A stretch of 64,000 bases of DNA from Oscillospiraceae bacterium (GCA_015068645.1 SVKD01000001.1:65877-129876), one strand, 5' to 3'. Positions 8,968 through 18,998 are shown, counted from the stretch's first letter. Made by a program: numbers and translations. Notes: generated by a model not told the origin, from the letters alone.

Positions 8968-9948
8968 ATGTGTACCGCTGTTACCTACAAAACAAAAGAC
9001 CATTATTTTGGCAGGAATTTAGATTTGGAATATTCTTATCAGGAAACAGTTACCGTTACCCCTAGAAATTACGCGTTCCATTTTCGGAAAATGGGAAAAA
9101 TACTAAGTCATTATGCTATTATCGGTATGGCGTATGTTTCCAAAAATTATCCGTTGTACTATGATGCCATCAATGAGAAAGGTCTCTGTATTGCAGGATT
9201 GAATTTTCCTGAAAATGCAGGTTATAAACCATATTGTGACGGTAAAGACAATGTGACTCCTTTCGAACTGATCCCCTGGTTGTTAGGACAATGTGCAACT
9301 GTGGTCGACGCTGAAAAGCTTATCCGAACAATCAATCTTCTCGATGAAAATTTTAGCGATGAACTTCCATTATCACCGCTTCATTGGTTAATTTCTGACA
9401 AAGAACGTTCCATCACTTTGGAATCCGTAAAATCAGGTATCAAAATTTATGAGAATCCCGTTGGAATACTCACCAATAATCCCACATTTGATTATCAGTT
9501 ATTTAACTTAAATAATTATATGCAGCTTACCAAAGGAACACCAAAAAATTCCTTTACAAATGACGAAAACTTAGAACTGGAAAAATATTCCCGCGGAATG
9601 GGAGCGATAGGATTGCCGGGTGATGCATCTTCTATGTCCCGATTTGTGAAAGCTTCTTTTGTGAAATTAAATTCTGTATCAAGCGATTCCGAAGAAGAAA
9701 GTGTCAGTCAGTTTTTTCATATTTTAAAATCGGTGGAAATGCCACGTGGATGCGTGGAGCTGGCAAAAGATGTATATGAAATTACTCATTACAGTTCTTG
9801 TTGCAACATTGACCGCGGTATTTATTACTATACCACTTATGATAACGCTCAGATTTGTGCCGTAGATATGTATAAAGAGAATTTGGAGGGATACGAACTT
9901 ATCAGCTATCCTTTAATGAAAAAACAAAATATTATGTATCAGAATTGA
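8968..9948 (+). CDS. Choloylglycine hydrolase family protein (bile salt hydrolase / penicillin V acylase-type Ntn hydrolase)
   Basis: MCTAVTYKTKDHYFGRNLDLEYSY has Cys2 as the Ntn nucleophile. Start set at ATG 8968 (GAGGAG RBS 10 nt upstream) instead of the TTG-initiated ORF-track start at 8920. Confidence 0.8.
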   Translation: MCTAVTYKTKDHYFGRNLDLEYSYQETVTVTPRNYAFHFRKMGKILSHYAIIGMAYVSKNYPLYYDAINEKGLCIAGLNFPENAGYKPYCDGKDNVTPFELIPWLLGQCATVVDAEKLIRTINLLDENFSDELPLSPLHWLISDKERSITLESVKSGIKIYENPVGILTNNPTFDYQLFNLNNYMQLTKGTPKNSFTNDENLELEKYSRGMGAIGLPGDASSMSRFVKASFVKLNSVSSDSEEESVSQFFHILKSVEMPRGCVELAKDVYEITHYSSCCNIDRGIYYYTTYDNAQICAVDMYKENLEGYELISYPLMKKQNIMYQN

Positions 9949-10036
9949 ACGAAAAAATTGTAATGAACAATAGAAATAATTTTTTGTCTTGACGTGATAC
10001 GAGTCTAAATAAAACAACTATAAAAGGAGTACAAAT

Positions 10037-10951
10037 ATGAAAAATATTACTATTGGAAATCAAATCAATGCATCGGCGGTATCGCTTGGGTGCATGAGAA
10101 TGAGTGACTTAGATGAAAAGCGTGTGGATGCAATTATGGATACTGCATTAGAATATGGCGTTAATTTCTTTGACCATGCGGATATTTATGGTGTGGGGAA
10201 GTCGGAACGCTTTTTCGGAGAATATTTAAAAAGAAACCCCGGTGTTCGTGAAAAAATCTGGATTCAGAGCAAATGTTCCATTCACGACGGTCAGTTTGAT
10301 TTTTCCAAAGAACATATCTTAAAGTCGGTAGATGGAATTCTTTCCCGTCTTGGTGTGGATTGCTTAGATGTATTACTGTTACACCGTCCCGATACCTTAA
10401 TGGAGCCTGAAGAAGTGGCAGAGGCTTTCAATCAGCTGGAAACTTCCGGAAAGGTAAAATATTTTGGTGTTTCCAATCAAAATATGATGCAGATGGAACT
10501 GCTAAAAACTGCCGTCAAACAACCACTTATCATCAATCAGCTTCAGTTTTCGGTCACCGAAGCAGGTTTGGTAACTTCGGGCATGAATGTGAATATGAAA
10601 AACGCAGAATCCGTGATGCACGATGGTTCATTTTTAGAATATAGTCGCATCAAAAACATTACCATTCAGGCGTGGTCGCCCTTTCAGCACGGATTTTTCG
10701 GTGGAAGTTATATTGATAACGAAGATTTTCCTGAATTAAATAAAAAGTTAGCTGAAATCGCAGAAGAATACGGTATCACCAAAACCGGTGTTGCAGCTTC
10801 CTGGATTCTTCGTCATCCTGCTAATATGCAGTTAATTGCGGGTACTATGAATCCGTCTCGTTTGGAAGAAATCTGCAAAGGTGCGGATGTTGTATTATCC
10901 CGTGACCAATGGTATCAGATTTACCGTGCAGCAGGGCATACCCTTCCGTAA
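10037..10951 (+). CDS. Aldo/keto reductase family oxidoreductase
   Basis: 304 aa. Motifs LGCMRM, FFDHADIYG, LLLHRPD and YFGVSN are typical of AKRs. AAAGGAG RBS. Confidence 0.85.
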   Translation: MKNITIGNQINASAVSLGCMRMSDLDEKRVDAIMDTALEYGVNFFDHADIYGVGKSERFFGEYLKRNPGVREKIWIQSKCSIHDGQFDFSKEHILKSVDGILSRLGVDCLDVLLLHRPDTLMEPEEVAEAFNQLETSGKVKYFGVSNQNMMQMELLKTAVKQPLIINQLQFSVTEAGLVTSGMNVNMKNAESVMHDGSFLEYSRIKNITIQAWSPFQHGFFGGSYIDNEDFPELNKKLAEIAEEYGITKTGVAASWILRHPANMQLIAGTMNPSRLEEICKGADVVLSRDQWYQIYRAAGHTLP

Positions 10952-11002
10952 TTTTTATCAAGCAAATTTCTCTTTTTTAATTTTGCCTTAGGAGTTTATG
11001 AT

Positions 11003-12337
11003 ATGATAAATATTCCAACAGAGGTTTTATCTTTATTAGAACAATTAAAAAATGCCGGACATTCCGCCTACGTGGTAGGCGGTTGTGTTCGTGATTGCCT
11101 TTTAGGACTAAAACCCGGAGATTGGGATATTTGCACATCTGCTTTACCTGAACAGATGAAAGAATGCTTTTCGGGGTATCACATCATTGAAACCGGATTA
11201 AAACATGGAACTTTAACGGTTCGTCTCAATCATCAATCCTATGAAACTACCACATTCCGCACAGACGGAAACTACATAGATTGTCGTCATCCTGAACTAG
11301 TAACATTTGTATCAGATATCAAAGAGGACCTTGCCCGCCGCGATTTTACGGTCAATGCGATGGCATATCATCCGAAAGAAGGTCTTGTTGATTTATTCGG
11401 AGGACAGGAGGATTTACAAAACAAGAAACTGCGATGTGTAGGCAATAGCAAAATACGGTTTACAGAGGATGCTCTTCGGATTATGAGAGGACTTCGATTT
11501 GCTGCAACCTACGGCTTTTCAATTGCTCCCGAAACCAAAAAAGCAATGTTTCAAACGAAAGAATTCCTTTTAAAAATTGCACCCGAACGTATTATTGTGG
11601 AATTAAAAAAATTACTGTTGGGGGAATATGCAGAAAATATTCTTTTAGATTATCGTGATATTTTCGGGCAAATAATTCCCGAACTTTCACCGATGTTTGA
11701 TTTTCATCAAAAAAGTCCTCATCATATGTATGATGTATATACGCACACGATAAAGAGTGTTGCTTTATCAGAAAAAGATATCTTGGTTCGTCTGGCAGTG
11801 TTGTTTCACGATATCGGAAAGCCAAAAACATTCTTTCAAGACGAAAATGGGGCAGGGCACTTTTATTCTCACTCCTCGGTGGGTGCAGAGATTACCTGCA
11901 ACATCTTAAAACAAATGAGATTTGATGGGAACACCGTTGAGGTGGTAACAGAATTGGTAAAATATCATGATGCACAAATAGAACCTACAGAAAAATCAGT
12001 AAAACGGTGGCTCAATAAAATCGGACAGGAACAGTTTAAACGTTTGCTTTTTGTAAAAGAAGCAGATGCAAAATCTACCATTCATTCTGATGAAAAACTG
12101 ACAAAAATTCAGGAAATTAAAATGGTGTTTTTCAAGGTTTTGGAAGCAGATGCTTGTTTTTTATTAAAAGATTTAGCCATATCGGGAAATGATTTGATTG
12201 CTCTGGGTATTCCCAGTGGAAAACAAATTGGAGAAATTTTAAAAAAGATCCTTGATTTGGTGATAGATGGTGAAATTTCTAACGAAAAAGAATGCTTGTT
12301 ATTCCACGCCGAAAAAGAATACAAAAAATTGAAATAA
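11003..12337 (+). CDS. cca: CCA-adding tRNA nucleotidyltransferase with HD domain
   Basis: VVGGCVRDCLLGLKPGDWDI polymerase-beta head, RDFTVNAMAY, and the HD motif LFHDIGKP. Confidence 0.85.
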   Translation: MINIPTEVLSLLEQLKNAGHSAYVVGGCVRDCLLGLKPGDWDICTSALPEQMKECFSGYHIIETGLKHGTLTVRLNHQSYETTTFRTDGNYIDCRHPELVTFVSDIKEDLARRDFTVNAMAYHPKEGLVDLFGGQEDLQNKKLRCVGNSKIRFTEDALRIMRGLRFAATYGFSIAPETKKAMFQTKEFLLKIAPERIIVELKKLLLGEYAENILLDYRDIFGQIIPELSPMFDFHQKSPHHMYDVYTHTIKSVALSEKDILVRLAVLFHDIGKPKTFFQDENGAGHFYSHSSVGAEITCNILKQMRFDGNTVEVVTELVKYHDAQIEPTEKSVKRWLNKIGQEQFKRLLFVKEADAKSTIHSDEKLTKIQEIKMVFFKVLEADACFLLKDLAISGNDLIALGIPSGKQIGEILKKILDLVIDGEISNEKECLLFHAEKEYKKLK

Positions 12338-12351
12338 ATTTAAAAATTATC

Positions 12352-12380
12352 TTGCCAAAGGAATTTTTTTATAGTATAAT
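12352..12380 (+). promoter_or_regulatory. Sigma-A-type promoter candidate for dCMP deaminase/pgi
   Basis: TTGCCA (12352-12357), a 17-nt spacer, then TATAAT (12375-12380). Confidence 0.5.
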
Positions 12381-12413
12381 ATGTGTCAAATAAAATTTTA
12401 AGGAGGTATATCT

Positions 12414-12899
12414 ATGGAGCGTAAAGACAAACAGAATTATTATCTTGATATTGCGGAAGCAGTTGTAACAAGAGGTACATGTTTAAGACGTAATTTTGGT
12501 GCCATTATTGTGAAGAATGACGAAATTATTTCCACAGGATATACCGGTGCTCCCAGAGGCAGAAAAAACTGTGCAGATTTAGGAAGCTGTGTCAGAGAAA
12601 ACCTAAATGTTCCCAGAGGGGAACGGTATGAACTTTGCCGTTCTGTTCACGCTGAAGCTAACTGTATCATCAGTGCAAAACGTTCCGATATGATTGGTGC
12701 CACGCTTTATCTGGTAGGTAAAGAAATGGCTGACGGTAGTTATGTGAAAAACGCCAACCCCTGTGCGATGTGCAAGCGTCTTATTATCAATGCCGGGATT
12801 GAGTGGGTGATTGTCAGAAACACTAAAGATGAATTTACCACGGTTCACGTTCGTGACTGGATTTATAATGACGATACGTTAGGATGCAGTTCTTATTAA
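12414..12899 (+). CDS. comEB: Deoxycytidylate (dCMP) deaminase, ComEB type
   Basis: Zinc-binding deaminase motifs HAEANCI and PCAMCKRLI; 161 aa; GGAGG RBS. Confidence 0.8.
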   Translation: MERKDKQNYYLDIAEAVVTRGTCLRRNFGAIIVKNDEIISTGYTGAPRGRKNCADLGSCVRENLNVPRGERYELCRSVHAEANCIISAKRSDMIGATLYLVGKEMADGSYVKNANPCAMCKRLIINAGIEWVIVRNTKDEFTTVHVRDWIYNDDTLGCSSY

Positions 12900-12945
12900 G
12901 TTTTTAACTTGAATACATAAAACAAATGAAAAGGATTTTACTACC

Positions 12946-14292
12946 ATGAGCAAATTAACAGTTGATTTTTCCAAAACAAAAGGTTTTGTGGATGCCACCG
13001 AGTTTGATAAAATTTCTTATCAGGCGAAAGCAGCAATTGATTTATTGCATGCAAAAACCGGTCCTGGAAATGATTTTTTGGGATGGCTGGATTTACCCGC
13101 AACTTACGATAAAGAAGAATTTTCCCGCATTAAAGCAGCTGCAAAAAAAATCAAAGAACAGTCTGATGCGTTGATTACCATCGGCATCGGCGGGTCTTAT
13201 CTTGGCGCAAGAGCAGCAATTGAGTTTTTAAACGGTCCTTTATATAATGTAAAAACCAAAGAGTTTCCGCAGATTTTCTTTGCAGGAAATACTATTAGTT
13301 CCGAGTATCACAGCGATTTGTTACAGTTGATGGAAGAAAAAGATTTCTCCATTAACGTCATTTCCAAATCCGGTACTACCACCGAACCTGCTTTGGCATT
13401 CCGTCTGTTTAAAGACCTGATGGAGAAAAAATATGGCAAAGAAGGAGCAAAAGAACGAATTTACGTTACTACTGACGCCAATAAGGGAACTCTTCTCAAT
13501 TTAGCAAGAGAAGAAGGGTACGAAACTTTTGTTGTGCCTGACGTAGTAGGCGGAAGATTTTCTGTATTAACTGCTGTTGGTCTTCTTCCTATCGCTTGCG
13601 CAGGTGCTGACTTGGATGCTTTGATGCAAGGTGCTTATGATGCAATGAACGATTATAAGTGCACCAATATCAGCGAAAACGATTGTTTAAAATACGCAGT
13701 TACCCGTAATTTGTTATACCGCAAAGGAAAAAATGTGGAAACTTTAGTCTCATATGAACCTGCTATGGTGATGTTCTCCGAGTGGTACAAACAATTATTT
13801 GGGGAAAGCGAAGGAAAAGAACAGAAGGGCATTTTACCCACTTCTATGAATTTCTCTACCGACTTACATTCTTTAGGTCAGTATGTGCAGGAAGGCTTAA
13901 GAAATCTGTTTGAAACGATTATTACAGTAAAAAATCCCACCACTGACATTACGATTTCTGAAGACCCCGACAATGTGGACGGACTCAACTTCTTAGCAGG
14001 TAAAACTGTTGATTATGTCAATAAAAAAGCGTTCTTGGGAACCTTGATGGCACATTATGACGGCGGTGTTCCCAACATCGTAATTTCCATGGAGAAAAAA
14101 GACGAATACAACCTTGGTTATTTATTCTATTTCTTCGAAAAAGCCTGCGCAATTTCCGGTTATATGCTCGGTGTAAATCCGTTTGATCAGCCCGGTGTAG
14201 AAGTGTATAAGAAAAATATGTTTGCGCTTTTGGGCAAAGATGGTTATCAGGATATGAAAGCGGAACTGGAAGCCAGAATAAATTCTTTGTAA
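12946..14292 (+). CDS. pgi: Glucose-6-phosphate isomerase
   Basis: 448 aa. Motifs [34 protein letters not shown] and FGESEGK are the short Firmicutes-type PGI signatures. Confidence 0.92.
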   Translation: MSKLTVDFSKTKGFVDATEFDKISYQAKAAIDLLHAKTGPGNDFLGWLDLPATYDKEEFSRIKAAAKKIKEQSDALITIGIGGSYLGARAAIEFLNGPLYNVKTKEFPQIFFAGNTISSEYHSDLLQLMEEKDFSINVISKSGTTTEPALAFRLFKDLMEKKYGKEGAKERIYVTTDANKGTLLNLAREEGYETFVVPDVVGGRFSVLTAVGLLPIACAGADLDALMQGAYDAMNDYKCTNISENDCLKYAVTRNLLYRKGKNVETLVSYEPAMVMFSEWYKQLFGESEGKEQKGILPTSMNFSTDLHSLGQYVQEGLRNLFETIITVKNPTTDITISEDPDNVDGLNFLAGKTVDYVNKKAFLGTLMAHYDGGVPNIVISMEKKDEYNLGYLFYFFEKACAISGYMLGVNPFDQPGVEVYKKNMFALLGKDGYQDMKAELEARINSL

Positions 14293-14332
14293 ATGTAACA
14301 AAAAAGTAACGAAAAATATTGCGAAAAAACAC

Positions 14333-14361
14333 TTGCATTTTTTTATTGATTATGATATACT
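14333..14361 (+). promoter_or_regulatory. Sigma-A-type promoter candidate (extended -10) for mini P-loop ATPase gene
   Basis: TTGCAT (14333-14338), a 17-nt spacer ending in TGa, then TATACT (14356-14361). Confidence 0.5.
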
Positions 14362-14495
14362 TATTTTAGGAAAAATAATTTTATATTGTTTTTCCTTCAG
14401 ATATTGCTGATAGAATAAATAATCAGCTGTATCCGGCATAAATAACTGAAGAAAGGGTTTTTAAGGGAAACCTTAAAACGATGAGGATTTTCATT

Positions 14496-14909
14496 ATGAT
14501 TAAAGTGTTAATTGGCCCCAAAGGAACCGGCAAATCCAAAACCTTAATCTCTTGGGTAGCTGAAGCGGTTGAAAACGAGCACGGTAACGTGGTTTGTATC
14601 GTAAAAGACGATCGCTATAATTTAAGCATTTCCCGTGATGCAAGATTAATCAATGCATCTGATTTTGAAATTAACGGAGCAGGGGAATTATATGGTTTCT
14701 TATGTGGTTTGATTTCTATGAACTTTGATGTAACTCACATCTTTATTGATAGCTTAACAACCATTATGAAATCTTCTGTAAAAGACGCTGATTTAGTGAT
14801 TCCTTACTTAGAAAAACTGTCTAATCAGTTTAACATTAAATTCACAATTATGATTAGTGGTGAAGAAGCTGAAGCTCAGGACCTGACTAAAAAATATATT
14901 GTGAAATAA
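14496..14909 (+). CDS. Small P-loop NTPase (about 137 aa, RecA/KaiC-like minimal ATPase; function unknown)
   Basis: Walker A GPKGTGKS and a Walker-B-like HIFIDSL. Start set at ATG 14496 (GAGGA RBS 8 nt upstream) rather than ORF-track 14481. Confidence 0.55.
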   Translation: MIKVLIGPKGTGKSKTLISWVAEAVENEHGNVVCIVKDDRYNLSISRDARLINASDFEINGAGELYGFLCGLISMNFDVTHIFIDSLTTIMKSSVKDADLVIPYLEKLSNQFNIKFTIMISGEEAEAQDLTKKYIVK

Positions 14910-14928
14910 AACCTCTTTCTTGTATTTT

Positions 14929-14963
14929 AAGGCTTACTATGAATAAATAGTAAGCCTTTTTTT
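14929..14963 (+). terminator. Rho-independent terminator after P-loop gene
   Basis: 11-bp stem AAGGCTTACTA / TAGTAAGCCTT with an 8-nt loop, followed by TTTTTTT. Confidence 0.7.
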
Positions 14964-15031
14964 GTGTTTTTTGAAATGATTAACGTTTATATTTCTTCGT
15001 GATTCTTATTTTTAAAAAAAGCACTAAAAAA

Positions 15032-15049
15032 TTGTTATTTTTTTAACTA
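15032..15049. promoter_or_regulatory. Rex-box-like inverted repeat upstream of acn-icd-rex
   Basis: TTGTTATttttTTAACTA matches 12 of the 14 specified positions of the clostridial Rex consensus TTGTTAA-N4-TTAACAA. It lies 5 nt upstream of the -35 element. Confidence 0.3.
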
Positions 15050-15054
15050 AAGCC

Positions 15055-15083
15055 TTGCATTTCATTTCTTTTTATGATAAAAT
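15055..15083 (+). promoter_or_regulatory. Sigma-A-type promoter candidate for acn-icd-rex
   Basis: TTGCAT (15055-15060), a 17-nt spacer with TGa, then TAAAAT (15078-15083). Confidence 0.5.
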
Positions 15084-15156
15084 ATACCATTATGTGTATT
15101 TTTAGAATTTAATAGAAAGGCTATCTGTTTTTTTACAGGTAGGTGCGGTGATTATT

Positions 15157-17088
15157 ATGGGTTACACACTTGCAGAAAAAATATTAAAAGAGCATCTGGT
15201 TGAAGGTGAATTGAAACGAGGAAGCGCAATTGCCATTCGTATTGACCAGACCTTAACTCAGGATGCAACTGGTACTATGGCTTACTTAGAATTTGAAGCT
15301 ATGGGCGTAAAACGTGTAAAGACTGAGAAATCAGTTGCATACATTGATCATAATACACTGCAATCAGGTTTTGAAAACGCCGACGACCACCGTTTCATCG
15401 GAAGTATCTGTAAAAAACACGGCATTTATTTCTCCCGTCCCGGTAACGGTATTTGTCATCAGGTTCATTTGGAACGCTTTGGCATTCCCGGTAAAACCTT
15501 AATTGGTTCCGACTCTCACACACCCACCGGTGGCGGTATCGGTATGATTGCAATTGGTGCAGGCGGTATGGACGTTGCTGTTGCCATGGGCGGTGGTGCA
15601 TATCATATTGTTTGTCCTGAAATTGTGAAAGTGGAATTAACCGGAAAATTAAGCCCTTGGGTAAGTGCAAAAGACGTTATTTTAGAAGTATTAAGAATTC
15701 TTTCCGTAAAAGGCGGCGTCGGTAAAATTATTGAATATGCCGGAGAAGGTGTGAAAACACTTTCCGTTCCGGAACGTGCTACCATCACCAATATGGGAGC
15801 AGAACTAGGTGCAACCACTTCTATTTTTCCGTCTGATGAAATCACCAAGGCATTCTTGAAAGCTCAAAAAAGAGAAGAAGATTACACTCCGTTAGCAGCA
15901 GACGAAGATGCGGTTTACGATAAAGTGATCACTATCAATTTATCTGAATTAAAACCGCTGGCTGCTTGTCCGCATTCTCCTGATAATATTAAATCCGTGG
16001 AAGAAATCGGTAATATGAAAATTGACCAGGTTTGCATCGGCTCTTGCACGAATTCCTCCTTACTGGATATGATGAAAGTTGCTCATATCTTAAAAGGAAA
16101 AACCGTGCATCCTGATGTTTCCTTAGCAATTGCACCCGGTTCCAAACAGGTATTAAATATGCTGGCAGAAAATGGTGCGTTATCCATTTTAATTGATGCA
16201 GGTGCAAGAATTTTAGAAAGTGCTTGCGGTCCTTGTATTGGTATGGGACAGTCTCCCAACTCCAAAGGAATTTCTTTAAGAACCTTTAACCGTAACTTTG
16301 AAGGAAGATCCGGTACAAAAGACGGTCAGATTTATTTGGTTTCTCCCGAAATGGCTGCGATTTCTGCAATCAACGGTTACCTGACTGACCCCAGAGAAAT
16401 CGGCGACATGCCTGATTTCAAATTGCCTGAAGTATTTACTATCAATGATAATATGATTGTTCCTCCTGTAGCAGAAGCAGACATGGATTCCGTGGAAGTA
16501 TTAAGAGGGCCTAACATTAAACCCTTCCCCACATCTGAACCGTTGGAAGACAGTATTATTGCAGGAGTAAGTTTAAAAGTGGGAGACAATATCACCACTG
16601 ACCATATTATGCCTGCAGGTGCAAAAATTTTGCCTTTACGTTCTAATATTCCTGCGATTTCCAAATTCTGTTTTGCAGTATGTGATGAAGGATTTCACGA
16701 CAGAGCATTAGAAATGAAAAAATCCATCATTATCGGTGGTGCGAATTACGGTCAGGGTTCTTCCAGAGAACATGCTGCATTAGCACCGTTGTACTTAGGA
16801 GTAAAAGCGGTTATCACCAAATCCTTTGCAAGAATTCATAAAGCAAACTTAATCAATGCAGGGATTGTTCCGCTCACATTCCAAAATGAAGCTGATTACG
16901 ATTGCATTGATTTAAATGATGAATTAGAATTAAAAGATATCAAATCTGCAATTGCAAACGATACTGCGATTGTATTATTTAACAAAACAAAAAACAAAGA
17001 AATTCCGTTGATTCAGGAATTTTCCGAAAGAGACCGCGAAATGTTGATTGACGGTGGATTGTTGAATTTCACCAAAAATCATGCATAA
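15157..17088 (+). CDS. acn: Aconitate hydratase
   Basis: About 643 aa. Motifs IDQTLTQDATG, GSDSHT and the Fe-S ligand region CIGSC...CGPCIGMG, plus a swivel domain (GANYGQGSSREHAA). Start set at ATG 15157 (GGTGA RBS). Confidence 0.9.
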   Translation: MGYTLAEKILKEHLVEGELKRGSAIAIRIDQTLTQDATGTMAYLEFEAMGVKRVKTEKSVAYIDHNTLQSGFENADDHRFIGSICKKHGIYFSRPGNGICHQVHLERFGIPGKTLIGSDSHTPTGGGIGMIAIGAGGMDVAVAMGGGAYHIVCPEIVKVELTGKLSPWVSAKDVILEVLRILSVKGGVGKIIEYAGEGVKTLSVPERATITNMGAELGATTSIFPSDEITKAFLKAQKREEDYTPLAADEDAVYDKVITINLSELKPLAACPHSPDNIKSVEEIGNMKIDQVCIGSCTNSSLLDMMKVAHILKGKTVHPDVSLAIAPGSKQVLNMLAENGALSILIDAGARILESACGPCIGMGQSPNSKGISLRTFNRNFEGRSGTKDGQIYLVSPEMAAISAINGYLTDPREIGDMPDFKLPEVFTINDNMIVPPVAEADMDSVEVLRGPNIKPFPTSEPLEDSIIAGVSLKVGDNITTDHIMPAGAKILPLRSNIPAISKFCFAVCDEGFHDRALEMKKSIIIGGANYGQGSSREHAALAPLYLGVKAVITKSFARIHKANLINAGIVPLTFQNEADYDCIDLNDELELKDIKSAIANDTAIVLFNKTKNKEIPLIQEFSERDREMLIDGGLLNFTKNHA

Positions 17089-17115
17089 CTTAAAATAAAA
17101 AAAGGAGTAAACAAA

Positions 17116-18273
17116 ATGGATAAAATTCAGATTGCAAAAGAAAAATTCGAAAAGATTTTAGAAAAACAGTTAGCAAGAGTTGAAAGAATTAATAATGCAG
17201 GAGATTTTAAAGATTTTACCAAGCTTGATAAAATTATAATCGGTGTTTGTGGTGGTGACGGTATTGGCCCCAGAATTACCGGAGAAGGTCATAAAATCTT
17301 AGAATTTTTATTAAAAGATGAAGTTGAAAAAGGAAAGGTTCAATTTAAAGTAATTGACGGTTTAACAATTGAACGCCGTGCAGAATTAAATAAAGCAATT
17401 CCTGATGACACTTTAGCAGAATTAAAATCCTGTGATGTTATCTTAAAAGGACCTACCACCACTCCCAGAAAAGGTGATCCGTGGCCGAATGTAGAAAGTG
17501 CAAACGTTGCAATGAGAAAAGAACTGGATTTATTTGCTAACGTTCGTCCTGTAAAAGTTCCGGAACAGGGAATTGATTGGACTTTCTTCAGAGAAAACAC
17601 AGAAGGTTCTTATGCAGTTGGATCTGACGGCATTGAGATTGATGAGGATTTGGCAATTGATTTTTGTGTGACAACAACAGAAGGAACAAGAAGAATTGCA
17701 AAAGCAGCTTTTGACTATGCAAAAGCTAATGGGAAAACTAGAGTTTCTATCGTTACAAAAGCAAATGTTATCAAAACAACCGACGGTAAATTCTTAAGAA
17801 TCTGCAACGAGATTGCAAAAGATTATCCGGGAATTGAAGTGGATGACTGGTATATTGATATTATGACAGCAAAGCTTGTTGACGAAAAGAGAAGAAAAGA
17901 CTTTCAGGTTATGATTCTTCCCAACTTATATGGTGATATTATCACAGATGAAGCTGCCGAATTCCAAGGCGGGGTTGGAACCGCTGGTTCTTCCAATTTA
18001 GGGAAACAGTATGCAATGTTTGAAGCTATCCATGGTTCTGCACCTCGTATGGTGAAAGAAGGCAGGGATATTTATGCAGATCCCTGTTCTATTTTCCGTG
18101 CTTGTGTAATGCTTTTGTCTCATATCGGCTACACCGATGCAGCAAACAAATTGGAAAAGGCATTAGATATCTGTATGTATACTGAAAAGAAAGTGGTAAT
18201 CACCGGTCGTTCTGACGGTGCAACTAGCGCTGAATTCTCTCAGTATGTTATGGATACTGTGGCAAAAATGTGA
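17116..18273 (+). CDS. icd: Isocitrate dehydrogenase (isocitrate/isopropylmalate dehydrogenase family)
   Basis: 385 aa. Motifs GGDGIGP, FRENTEG and NLYGDIITDEAA are beta-decarboxylating dehydrogenase signatures. Position directly after aconitase supports IDH rather than LeuB. Confidence 0.75.
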   Translation: MDKIQIAKEKFEKILEKQLARVERINNAGDFKDFTKLDKIIIGVCGGDGIGPRITGEGHKILEFLLKDEVEKGKVQFKVIDGLTIERRAELNKAIPDDTLAELKSCDVILKGPTTTPRKGDPWPNVESANVAMRKELDLFANVRPVKVPEQGIDWTFFRENTEGSYAVGSDGIEIDEDLAIDFCVTTTEGTRRIAKAAFDYAKANGKTRVSIVTKANVIKTTDGKFLRICNEIAKDYPGIEVDDWYIDIMTAKLVDEKRRKDFQVMILPNLYGDIITDEAAEFQGGVGTAGSSNLGKQYAMFEAIHGSAPRMVKEGRDIYADPCSIFRACVMLLSHIGYTDAANKLEKALDICMYTEKKVVITGRSDGATSAEFSQYVMDTVAKM

Positions 18274-18300
18274 TTTTTACATAGAAAGTAGAATGAATAC

Positions 18301-18951
18301 ATGACACAGAGAAAAAAAGTTTCTGAAGCCGTTATCAAACGACTTCCAAGATATTACAGGCATTTATCTCAGCTTTTAGAAGGTAATATTGACCGTATTT
18401 CCTCTAATGAGTTAGCCCAAAGAATGCATATTACCGCATCTCAGGTTCGTCAGGATTTGAATAATTTTGGCGGTTTTGGTCAGCAAGGATACGGATATAA
18501 TGTTGAAGTGCTTCATGCCGAAATTGGTAATATACTGGGTTTGGGGCAAGAACTTTCCTGTGTTTTAGTCGGAGCAGGGAACTTAGGTCATGCTGTTGCA
18601 AATTACACTAATTTTGAACGTCGAGGTTTTAAAATCAAAGCCATTTTTGATAATAATCCCGATGTAATCGGAACCGAAATTAACGGCTTAGTCGTTCAAC
18701 CTGTTCATCGCTTAACATCATTTATTCAGGAATATGAAATTAAAATTGCCATGCTGACTCTTCCTGCAACATCAGTTAAAGAACTGATTGATGATATCGT
18801 AGAAGCGGGAGTCAAAGGAATCTGGAATTTTTCCTATTTAGATGTAGAGGTTCCGTCAAATGTTGCTTTAGTAAATGTACATCTATCTGATAGTTTAATG
18901 ACATTAGCTTATAAATTAAACGAAATAGAACACTTTGAAAACATAAAATAA
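18301..18951 (+). CDS. rex: Redox-sensing transcriptional repressor Rex
   Basis: Motifs IKRLPRYYRHL, SSNELAQRMHITASQVRQDLN and a GAGNLG Rossmann motif; 216 aa. Confidence 0.9.
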   Translation: MTQRKKVSEAVIKRLPRYYRHLSQLLEGNIDRISSNELAQRMHITASQVRQDLNNFGGFGQQGYGYNVEVLHAEIGNILGLGQELSCVLVGAGNLGHAVANYTNFERRGFKIKAIFDNNPDVIGTEINGLVVQPVHRLTSFIQEYEIKIAMLTLPATSVKELIDDIVEAGVKGIWNFSYLDVEVPSNVALVNVHLSDSLMTLAYKLNEIEHFENIK

Positions 18952-18957
18952 TCAATG

Positions 18958-18998
18958 AAACAGAGTAAATCGATGAAAACGATTTACTCTGTTTTTTT
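18958..18998 (+). terminator. Rho-independent terminator after rex
   Basis: 15-bp perfect stem AAACAGAGTAAATCG / CGATTTACTCTGTTT with a 7-nt loop and a T-run. Confidence 0.75.
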
